A stretch of 64,000 nt of DNA, from the NCBI GenBank assembly GCA_040954595.2, contig CM082588.2, positions 11,731,398-11,795,397 on the forward strand. Direction: 5' to 3'. A model generated the notes under the pieces. That model had not been told where the DNA came from, did no database searches, and was given only the letters and a program-made list of their open reading frames with translations. Below, piece by piece: positions 52,901 to 64,000 of this stretch. The DNA comes from Balanoglossus misakiensis (taxonomy: Eukaryota; Animalia; Hemichordata). Positions within the stretch are counted from its first letter, which is position 1. The number at the start of each line of letters is the position of its first letter. The position numbers and the translations under genes are program-made.

Positions 52901-55900
52901 TCTAACATTGAATTCCCGTTCATCAACTCAGATTTCCTACAGCATAAGTCGGCTAAAACCCTGACACTCTAGAGCAGAAACAGTTGCACACTGGTAACGT
53001 TGAACAAGTCGATTTTTCTACGGCCTGGCTCCGCTAAATGTCCGTCACAATATGACAGACACTAGCGTACGTTAGCAACGGTGATCAAGTCAGATTTTCT
53101 ACGGCATGGCTTGGATAAAGCCCCGGCACTCTAGAGCAGAAACACGCGTACAGAGACCACGTTTATTAAGTCTGATCTCCTACGGCTTGGCTCGACTAAA
53201 ACCCCGGCACACTATGACAGACACTAGCGTTCGTTAGCAACGTTGATCAAGTCAGATTTCCTACGGCATGGCTTGGCTAAAGCCCTGGCACTCTAGAGCA
53301 GAAACACGCGTACATTGACCACGTTGATCAAGTCAGATTTCCTACGGCGTGACTCGGCTGGTGCACCGGCTCTATATGACACAGACTGGCGTAAGTTATC
53401 AACGGTGATTACGGCGGATGTCCTACGGCCTGGTTTAGCTGAAGCCCCGGCACTTTAGAGCGGAAACACGCGTACATTGACCACGATGATCAAGTCAGAT
53501 CTCCTACGGCCTGGCCCGACTAAAACCCCGGCACACCATGACAGACACTAGCGTTCGTTAGCAGCGGTGATCAAGTCGGATTTCCTTCGGCCTGGCTCTG
53601 CAAAAGACCCGACACTCTAGTACAAAGACGTTGGCTAAGTCGGGCAAACCGAAGAGGGAAAGTCACAGCGGGTCAACACTCGACATTTGTTCGGGTAGGA
53701 CTGCATTATTGCCTGTCAATTTATAGAGAAAGCCCGAATTTAACCAGGGCGTTTCAAACACCGACGTTAGTTGGGGGCACGGCCTGCAGTACTGCCGGGT
53801 AAGCTGACATCGGCGTACCGCATATAATGTAGGGGGGGGGGGGGGGACAGAACGGTTCAATACTATATTTATTAGATATCAGCTAATTTTGGACAATCAT
53901 CTAAAATCTAAATCATTTTTTCATATTTGGATATCTGATGATGTATTAAATTTCCATTACATGTAAAAATGGTGCTGATTATAAAAAATGCATTCTGATT
54001 TAATACAAAATTGCGTTTTATTCGTTTTTGCACCAAAAAGGTCATTTTTAGGCAAAACATTCTTTATTTTTTTAATTCGGTGACCTGATCATATATAAAC
54101 AATTGCTTGTATGTTAAAAGTTTTTATGACTTTTAAAAGCAGTGACACTGGCGGCATTCAACACGAAAATAACAATTTTAGCCACAATTTGGTCAAAATG
54201 GTAAATTTTTGAAAATTACAAAAAAATACCTGTTTTCTACATTTTCGGAAATCTGATGGAGTATAGAATGCTCTTCGTATGTATATATCGATACAAATTC
54301 CACAAAAGACCGTCTAATTTGGCTCACTGCAGACAAAATTGCGTTTTACCAAATTTTCCTTGAAAATGTCATTTTTAGAAGAAAAAAAATAAAAAAACCT
54401 TTGTTCTTCGAATTTGGTGCCCTGATCATATATGACATGTTGATTGTATGTTAAAACTTTCGACCACTCCAAAAATGCAGATATATTGACGGAATTCAAG
54501 AAAAAATAGCCATTTTGGCCATATTTTGACAAAAATGGTAAATTTTTAAAAAATCATAAAAAAATAACTCTTTTCTTCATTTTCCGAAATATTATGGAGC
54601 ATGAAGTGTCGTTCTCTTGTAAGAAGTGCAGCAAATTCCAGAAAAGGCGGTATAATTTGAATCACCCAAGACAAAATTACCATTTTCAACTTTTTTTCGA
54701 AAAATTGTCTTTTTTACAAAATAAATAAGAATAAATTCTTTTCTTAGTTTCAAACGGGTAGAGATACTTTCCACACGGGTTTTCTAACATTGAATTCCCG
54801 TTCATCAACTCAGATTTCCTACAGCATAAGTCGGCTAAAACCCTGACACTCTAGAGCAGAAACAGTTGCACACTGGTAACGTCGAACAAGTCGATTTTTC
54901 TATGGCCTGGCTCGGCTAAATCTCCGTCACAATATGACAGACACTAGCGTACGTTAGCAACGGTGATCAAGTCAGATTTTCTACGGCATGGCTTGGATAA
55001 AGCCCCGGCACTCTAGAGCAGAAACACGCGTACAGAGACCACGTTGATCAAGTCTGATCTCCTACGGCTTGGCTCGACTAAAACCCCGGCACACTATGAC
55101 AGACACTAGCGTTCGTTAGCAACGTTGATCAAGTCAGATTTCCTACGGCATGGCTTGGCTAAAGTCCTGGCACTCTAGAGCAGAAACACGCGTACAGAGA
55201 CCACGTTGATCTACTCACATTTCCTTCGGCCTGGCACGGCTGATACCCCGGCACTATATATAGGACACAGACTGGCGTAAGTTAACAACGGTAATCACGT
55301 CGGGTTTCCTACGGCCTGGCTCAGCTGAAGCCCCGGCACTCTAGAGCAGAAACAGGCGTACATTGACCACGTTGATCAAGTCAGATTTCCTACGGCGTGA
55401 CTCGGCTGGTGCACCGGCTCTATATGACACAGACTGGCGTAAGTTATCAACAGTGATTACGTCGGATTTCCTACGGCCTGGTTTAGCTGAAGCCCCGGCA
55501 CTTTAGAGCGGAAACACGCGTACATTGACCACGATGATCAAGTCAGATCTCCTACGGCCTGGCTCGACTAAAACCCCGGCACACCATGACAGACACTAGC
55601 GTTCGTTAGCAACGGTGATCTAGTCGGATTTCCTTCGGCCTGGCTCTGCAAAAGACCCGACACTCTAGTACAAAGACGTTTGCTAAGTCGGGCAAACCGA
55701 AGAGGGAAAATCACAGCGGTTCAACACTTGACATTTGTTCGGGTAGGACTACATTATTGCCTGTCAATTTATAGAGAAAGCCCGAAATTAACCAGGGCGT
55801 TTCAAACACCGACGTTAGTTGGGGGCACGGCCTGCAGTACTGCCGGGTAAGCTGACATCGGCGTACCGCATATAATGTAGGGGGGGGGGGAACAGAATGG

Positions 55901-58900
55901 TTCTATACTACATTTATTAGATATCAACTAATTTTGGACAATCATCTAAAATCTAAATCATTTTTTCATATTTGGATATCTGATGATGTATGAAATTTCC
56001 ATTATATGTAAAAATGGTGCTGATTATAAAAAATGCATTCTGATTCAATACAAAATTGCGTTTTATTCGTTTTTGCACCAAAAAGGTCATTTTTAGGCAA
56101 AACATTCTTTATTTTTTTAATTCGGTGACCTGATCATATATAAACAATTGCTTGTATGTTAAAAGTTTTTATGACTTTTAAAAGCAGTGACACTGGCGGC
56201 ATTCAACACGGAAATAACAATTGTAGCCACAATTTGGTCAAAATGGTAAATTTTTGAAAATTACAAAAAATACCTGTTTTCTACATTTTCGGAAATCTGA
56301 TGGAGTATAGAATGCTCTTCGCATGTATATATCGATACAAATTCCACAAAAGACCGTCTAATTTGGCTCACTGCAGACAAAATTGCGTTTTACCAAATTT
56401 TCCTTGAAAATGTCATTTTTAGAAAAAAAAATTAAAAAACCTTTGTTCTTCGAATTTGGTGCCCTGATCATATATGACATGTTGATTGTATGTTAAGACT
56501 TTCGACCACTCCAAAAATGCAGAGATATTGACGGAATTCAAGAAAAAATAGCCATTTTGGCCATATTTTGACAAAAATGGTAAATTTTTAAAAAATCATA
56601 AAAAATTAACTCTTTTCTTATTTTTTCGGAAATATTATGGAGCATGAAGTGTCGTTCTCTTGTAAAAAGTGCTGCAAATTCCAGAAAAGGCGGTATAATT
56701 TAAATCACCCAAGAGAAAATTACCATTTTCGACTTGTTTTCGAAAAATTGTCTTTTTTACAAAATAAATAAGAATAAATTCTTTTCTTAGTTTCAAACGG
56801 GTAGAGATACTTTCCACACGGGTTTTCTAACATTGAATTCCCGTTCATCAACTCAGATTTCCTACAGCATAAGTCGGCTAAAACCCTGACACTCTAGAGC
56901 AGAAACAGTTGCACACTGGTAACGTTGAACAAGTCGATTTTTCTACGGCCTGGCTCCGCTAAATGTCCGTCACAATATGACAGACACTAGCGTACGTTAG
57001 CAACGGTGATCAAGTCAGATTTTCTACGGCATGGCTTGGATAAAGCCCCGGCACTCTAGAGCAGAAACACGCGTACAGAGACCACGTTTATTAAGTCTGA
57101 TCTCCTACGGCTTGGCTCGACTAAAACCCCGGCACACTATGACAGACACTAGCGTTCGTTAGCAACGTTGATCAAGTCAGATTTCCTACGGCATGGCTTG
57201 GCTAAAGCCCTGGCACTCTAGAGCAGAAACACGCGTACATTGACCACGTTGATCAAGTCAGATTTCCTACGGCGTGACTCGGCTGGTGCACCGGCTCTAT
57301 ATGACACAGACTGGCGTAAGTTATCAACGGTGATTACGGCGGATGTCCTACGGCCTGGTTTAGCTGAAGCCCCGGCACTTTAGAGCGGAAACACGCGTAC
57401 ATTGACCACGATGATCAAGTCAGATCTCCTACGGCCTGGCCCGACTAAAACCCCGGCACACCATGACAGACACTAGCGTTCGTTAGCAGCGGTGATCAAG
57501 TCGGATTTCCTTCGGCCTGGCTCTGCAAAAGACCCGACACTCTAGTACAAAGACGTTGGCTAAGTCGGGCAAACCGAAGAGGGAAAGTCACAGCGGGTCA
57601 ACACTCGACATTTGTTCGGGTAGGACTGCATTATTGCCTGTCAATTTATAGAGAAAGCCCGAATTTAACCAGGGCGTTTCAAACACCGACGTTAGTTGGG
57701 GGCACGGCCTGCAGTACTGCCGGGTAAGCTGACATCGGCGTACCGCATATAATGTAGGGGGGGGGGGGACAGAACGGTTCAATACTATATTTATTAGATA
57801 TCAGCTAATTTTGGACAATCATCTAAAATCTAAATCATTTTTTCATATTTGGATATCTGATGATGTATTAAATTTCCATTACATGTAAAAATGGTGCTGA
57901 TTATAAAAAATGCATTCTGATTTAATACAAAATTGCGTTTTATTCGTTTTTGCACCAAAAAGGTCATTTTTAGGCAAAACATTCTTTATTTTTTTAATTC
58001 GGTGACCTGATCATATATAAACAATTGCTTGTATGTTAAAAGTTTTTATGACTTTTAAAAGCAGTGACACTGGCGGCATTCAACACGAAAATAACAATTT
58101 TAGCCACAATTTGGTCAAAATGGTAAATTTTTGAAAATTACAAAAAAATACCTGTTTTCTACATTTTCGGAAATCTGATGGAGTATAGAATGCTCTTCGT
58201 ATGTATATATCGATACAAATTCCACAAAAGACCGTCTAATTTGGCTCACTGCAGACAAAATTGCGTTTTACCAAATTTTCCTTGAAAATGTCATTTTTAG
58301 AAGAAAAAAAATAAAAAAACCTTTGTTCTTCGAATTTGGTGCCCTGATCATATATGACATGTTGATTGTATGTTAAAACTTTCGACCACTCCAAAAATGC
58401 AGATATATTGACGGAATTCAAGAAAAAATAGCCATTTTGGCCATATTTTGACAAAAATGGTAAATTTTTAAAAAATCATAAAAAAATAACTCTTTTCTTC
58501 ATTTTCCGAAATATTATGGAGCATGAAGTGTCGTTCTCTTGTAAGAAGTGCAGCAAATTCCAGAAAAGGCGGTATAATTTGAATCACCCAAGACAAAATT
58601 ACCATTTTCAACTTTTTTTCGAAAAATTGTCTTTTTTACAAAATAAATAAGAATAAATTCTTTTCTTAGTTTCAAACGGGTAGAGATACTTTCCACACGG
58701 GTTTTCTAACATTGAATTCCCATTCATCAACTCAGATTTCCTACAGCATAAGTCGGCTAAAACCCTGACACTCTAGAGCAGAAACAGTTGCACACTGGTA
58801 ACGTTGAACATGTCGATTTTTCTACGGCCTGGCTCTGCTAAATCACCGTCACAATATGACAGACACTAGCGTACGTTAGCAACGGTGATCAAGTCAGATT

Positions 58901-61691
58901 TTCTACGGCATGGCTTGGATAAAGCCCCGGCACTCTAGAGCAGAAACACGCGTACAGAGACGATCAAGTCTGATCTCCTACGGCTTGGCTCGACTAAAAC
59001 CATGGCACACTTTGACAGACACTAGCGTTCGTTAGCAACGTTGATCAAGTCAGATTTCCTACGGCATGGCTTGGCTAAAGTCCTGGCACTCTAGAGCAGA
59101 AACACGCGTACAGAGACCACGTTGATCTACTCACATTTCCTTCGGCCTGGCACGGCTGATGCCCCGGCACTATATATAGGACACAGACTGGCGTAAGTTA
59201 ACAACGGTAATCACGTCGGGTTTCCTACGGCCTGGCTCAGCTGAAGCCCCGGCACTCTAGAGCAGAAACAGGCGTACATTGACCACGTTGATCAAGTCAG
59301 ATTTCCTACGGCGTGACTCGGCTGGTGCACCGGCTCTATATGACACAGACTGGCGTAAGTTATCAACAGTGATTACGTCGGATTTCCTACGGCCTGGTTT
59401 AGCTGAAGCCCCGGCACTTTAGAGCGGAAACACGCGTACATTGACCACGATGATCAAGTCAGATCTCCTACGGCCTGGCTCGACTAAAACCCCGGCACAC
59501 CATGACAGACACTAGCGTTCGTTAGCAACGGTGATCAAGTCGGATTTCCTTCGGCCTGGCTCTGCAAAAGACCCGACACTCTAGTACAAAGACGTTGGCT
59601 AAGTCGGGCAAACCGAAGAGGGAAAGTCACAGCGGTTCAACACTTGACATTTGTTCGGGTAGGACTGCATTATTGCCTGTCAATTTATAGAGAAAGCCCG
59701 AAATTAACCAGGGCGTTTCAAACACCGACGTTAGTTGGGGGCACGGCCTGCAGTACTGCCGGGTAAGCTGACATCGGCGTACCGCATATAATGTAGGGGG
59801 GGAACAGAATGGTTCAATACTACATTTATTAGATATCAACTAATTTTGGACAATCATCTAAAATCTAAATCATTTTTTCATATTTGGATATCTGATGATG
59901 TATGAAATTTCCATTATATGTAAAAATGGTGCTGATTATAAAAAATGCATTCTGATTCAATACAAAATTGCGTTTTATTCGTTTTTGCACCAAAAAGGTC
60001 ATTTTTAGGCAAAACATTCTTTATTTTTTTAATTCGGTGACCTGATCATATATAAACAATTGCTTGTATGTTAAAAGTTTTTATGACTTTTAAAAGCAGT
60101 GACACTGGCGGCATTCAACACGAAAATAACAATTGTAGCCACAATTTGGTCAAAATGGTAAATTTTTGAAAATTACAAAAAATACCTGTTTTCTACATTT
60201 TCGGAAATCTGATGGAGTATAGAATGCTCTTCGCATGTATATATCGATACAAATTCCACAAAAGACCGTCTAATTTGGCTCACTGCAGACAAAATTGCGT
60301 TTTACCAAATTTTCCTTGAAAATGTCATTTTTAGAAAAAAAATTAAAAAACCTTTGTTCTTCGAATTTGGTGCCCTGATCATATATGACATGTTGATTGT
60401 ATGTTAAGACTTTCAACCACTCCAAAAATGCAGAGATATTGACGGAATTCAAGAAAAAATAGCCATTTTGGCCAAATTTTGACAAAAATGGTAAATTTTT
60501 AAAAAATCATAAAAAATTAACTCTTTTCTTATTTTTTCGGAAATATTATGGAGCATGAAGTGTCGTTCTCTTGTAAAAAGTGCTGCAAATTCCAGAAAAG
60601 GCGGTATAATTTAAATCACCCAAGACAAAATTACCATTTTCGACTTGTTTTCGAAAAATTGTCTTTTTTACAAAATAAATAAGAATAAATTCTTTTCTTA
60701 GTTTCAAACGGGTAGAGATACTTTCCACACGGGTTTTCTAACATTGAATTCCCGTTCATCAACTCAGATTTCCTACAGCATAAGTCGGCTAAAACCCTGA
60801 CACTCTAGAGCAGAAACAGTTGCACACTGGTAACGTTGAACAAGTCGATTTTTCTACGGCCTGGCTCCGCTAAATGTCCGTCACAATATGACAGACACTA
60901 GCGTACGTTAGCAACGGTGATCAAGTCAGATTTTCTACGGCATGGCTTGGATAAAGCCCCGGCACTCTAGAGCAGAAACACGCGTACAGAGACCACGTTG
61001 ATCTACTCACATTTCCTTCGGCCTGGCACGGCTGATGCCCCGGCACTATATATAGGACACAGACTGGCGTAAGTTAACAACGGTAATCACGTCGGGTTTC
61101 CTACGGCCTGGCTCAGCTGAAGCCCCGGCATTCTAGAGCAGAAACAGGCGTACATTGACCACGTTGATCAAGTCAGATTTCCTACGGCGTGACTCGGCTG
61201 GTGCACCGGCTCTATATGACACAGACTGGCGTAAGTTATCAACGGTGATTACGGCGGATGTCCTACGGCCTGGTTTAGCTGAAGCCCCGGCACTTTAGAG
61301 CGGAAACACGCGTACATTGACCACGATGATCAAGTCAGATCTCCTACGGCCTGGCCCGACTAAAACCCCGGCACACCATGACAGACACTAGCGTTCGTTA
61401 GCAACGGTGATCAAGTCGGATTTCCTTCGGCCTGGCTCTGCAAAAGACCCGACACTCTAGTACAAAGACGTTGGCTAAGTCGGGCAAACCGAAGAGGGAA
61501 AGTCACAGCGGGTCAACACTCGACATTTGTTCCGGTAGGACTGCATTATTGCCTGTCAATTTATAGAGAAAGCCCGAATTTTACCAGGGCGTTTCAAACA
61601 CCGACGTTAGTTGGGGGCACGGCCTGCAGTACTGCCGGGTAAGCTGACATCGGCGTACCGCATATAATGTGGGGGGGGGGGGGGGGGGGGG
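49907..61691. repeat. Two-unit higher-order repeat, ~3.92 kb x 3 (long ~2048 + short ~1877)
   Basis: G-tract spacings alternate 2048, 1877, 2048, 1877, 2039, 1875. Private variants alternate in register: CTCCGCTAAATGTCCG at ~53029, ~56954, ~60864 and CCCGAAATTAACC at ~51856, ~55781, ~59697. Confidence 0.9.
61671..61691 (+). repeat. Longest poly-G tract (G21); the tract varies from G7 to G21 among units
   Basis: Direct count: G7 at 59796-59802, G15 at 16028-16042, G21 here. Confidence 0.85.
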
Positions 61692-64000
61692 AACAGAACG
61701 GTTCAATACTGCATTTATTAGATATCAGCTAATTTTGGACAATCATCTAAAATCTAAATCATTTTTTTCATATTTGGATATCTGATGATGTATTAAATTT
61801 CCATTACATGTAAAAATGGTGCTGATTATAAAAAATGCATTCTGATTTAATACAAAATTGCGTTTTATTCGTTTTTGCACCAAAAAGGTCATTTTTAGGC
61901 AAAACATTCTTTATTTTTTTAATTCGGTGACCTGATCATATATAAACAATTGCTTGTATGTTAAAAGTTTTTATGACTTTTAAAAGCAGTGACACTGGCG
62001 GCATTCAACACGAAAATAACAATTTTAGCCACAATTTGGTCAAAATGGTAAATTTTTGAAAATTACAAAAATACCTGTTTTCTACATTTTCGGAAATCTG
62101 ATGGAGTATAGAATGCTCTTCGTATATATATATCGATACAAATTCCACAAAAAAACGGCCAATTTGGCTCACTGCAGACAAAATTGCGTTTTACCAAATT
62201 TTCCTTGAAAATGTCATTTTTAGAAAAAAAAATAAAAAAACCTTTGTTCTTCGAATTTGGTGCCCTGATCATATATGACATGTTGATTATATGTTAAAAC
62301 TTTAGACCACTCCAAAAATGCAGAGATATTGACGGAATTCAAGAAAAAATAGCCATTTTGGCCATATTTTGACAAAAATGGTAAATTTTTAAAATATCAT
62401 AAAAAATTAACTCTTTTCTTCATTTTCGGAAATATAATGGAGCATGAAGTGTCGTTCTCTTGTAAAAAGTGCTGCAAATTCCAGAAAAGGCGGTATAATT
62501 TGAATCACCCAAGACAAAATTACCATTTTCGACTTTTTTTCGAAAAATTGTCTTTTTTACAAAATAAATAAGAATAAATTCTTTTCTTAGTTTCAAACGG
62601 GTAGAGATACTTTCCACACGGGTTTTCTAACATTGAATTCCCATTCATCAACTCAGATTTCCTACAGCATAAGTCGGCTAAAACCCTGACACTCTAGAGC
62701 AGAAACAGTTGCACACTGGTAACGTTGAACATGTCGATTTTTCTATGGCCTGGCTCGGCTAAATCTCCGTCACAATATGACAGACACTAGCGTACGTTAG
62801 CAACGGTGATCAAGTCAGATTTTCTACGGCATGGCTTGGATAAAGCCCCGGCACTCTAGAGCAGAAACACGCGTACAGAGACCACGTTGATCAAGTCTGA
62901 TCTCCTACGGCTTGGCTCGACTAAAACCCCGGCACACTATGACAGACACTAGCGTTCGTTAGCAACGTTGATCAAGTCAGATTTCCTACGGCATGGCTTG
63001 GCTAAAGCCCTGGCACTCTAGAGCAGAAACACGCGTACAGAGACCACGTTGATCTACTCACATTTCCTTCGGCCTGGCACGGCTGATGCCCCGGCACTAT
63101 ATATAGGACACAGACTGGCGTAAGTTAACAACGGTAATCACGTCGGGTTTCCTACGGCCTGGCTCAGCTGAAGCCCCGGCACTCTAGAGCAGAAACAGGC
63201 GTACATTGACCACGTTGATCAAGTCAGATTTCCTACGGCGTGACTCGGCTGGTGCACCGGCTCTATATGACACAGACTGGCGTAAGTTATCAACGGTGAT
63301 TACGTCGGATTTCCTACGGTCTGGTTTCGCTGAAGCCCCGGCACTTTAGAGCGGAAACACGCGTACATTGACCACGATGATCAAGTCAGATCTCCTACGG
63401 CCTGGCTCGACTAAAACCCCGGCACACCATGACAGACACTAGCGTACGTTAGCAACGGTGATCAAGTCGGATTTCCTTCGGCCTGGCTCTGCAAAAGACC
63501 TGACACTCTAGTACAAAGACGTTGGCTAAGTCGGGCAAACCGAAGATGGTAAGTCACAGCGGGTCAACACTCGAAATTTGTTCGGGTAGGACTGCATTAT
63601 TGCCTGTCAATTTATAGAGAAAGCCCGAATTTAGCCAGGGCGTTCCAAACACCGACGTTAGTTGGAGGCACGGCCTGCAGTACTGCCGGGTAAGCTGACA
63701 TCGGCGTACCGCATATAATGTAAGGGGGGGGGCAAACAGAACGGTTCAATACTACATTTATTAGATATCAGCTAATTTTGGACAATCATCTAAAATCTAA
63801 ATCATTTTTTCATATTTGGATATCTAATGATGTATGAAATTTCAATTATATGTAAAAATGGTGCTGATTATAAAAAATGCACTCTGAATGAGCCGATTTA
63901 ATACAAAATTACGTTTTATTCGTTTTTGCACCTAAAAGGTCATTTTTAGGCAAAACATTCTTTATTTTTTTAATTCGGTGACCTGATCATATATCAAGAA

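Larger units (their letters stand above)
1..64000. repeat. Composite macrosatellite, ~30 tandem units, modal length ~2050 bp, extends beyond both window ends
   Basis: The landmark CGTACCGCAT(A/T)TAATGTA(G)n recurs with G-tract starts at 1446, 3978, 7822, 9875, 11925, 13978, 16028, 18401, 20442, 22820, 24384, 26759, 28975, 31269, 33656, 35708, 37758, 39810, 41853, 43756, 45817, 47875, 49907, 51955, 53832, 55880, 57757, 59796, 61671 and 63724, all in the same orientation. The same short ORFs recur at the same period. Confidence 0.99.

Noticed and set aside
1965-62617. Recurrent short ORFs (MSKYGQNGYFF.., MESISTRLKL.., MNRSVPPPP..) as a tandem gene family
   Set aside because: They are 60-127 aa, many start at non-ATG codons, and they are freely frameshifted between units by A- and G-homopolymer length changes. 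F/K-rich or poly-P content just mirrors the tracts, and I recognise no domain.
1-64000. 5S/45S rDNA, histone or organellar minicircle concatemer
   Set aside because: I recognise no rRNA, histone or conserved minicircle block. Unit-specific SNP haplotypes and two TE insertions with TSDs indicate a real chromosomal array rather than a read concatemer.

Overview
This window is almost entirely a eukaryotic, probably animal, macrosatellite: about 30 head-to-tail copies of a composite ~2.05-kb unit. I counted 30 poly-G landmarks, from 1446 to 63724. Each unit has three parts: (i) a CpG-rich block of ~81-bp monomers alternating between two types (an ~162-bp dimer, ~11 monomers in the modal unit); (ii) a ~200-bp single-copy segment with three hairpins ending in a G-tract; (iii) a ~950-bp AT-rich block of ~2.7 diverged ~330-bp subrepeats. 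Unit length varies almost only in ~162-bp steps, and a 3.92-kb two-unit higher-order repeat is forming at ~50-62 kb. One unit carries two insertions. The first is a 187-bp 5'-truncated L2/CR1-type LINE end (5262-5448, minus strand, TSD AGCGTT). The second is a 1434-bp non-autonomous DNA transposon with long inverted arms (5584-7017, apparent TSD TACTA). I find no credible intact protein-coding gene, rRNA, tRNA or CRISPR array; the listed ORFs look like by-products of the repeat. The best leads are both inference. One is an inverted-repeat junction with an 8-bp spacer that resembles abutting hAT transposon ends, suggesting the unit is a tandemly amplified element. The other is two kinds of CENP-B-box-like 17-mer per unit in a nucleosome-scale repeat hierarchy, suggesting a (peri)centromeric role.
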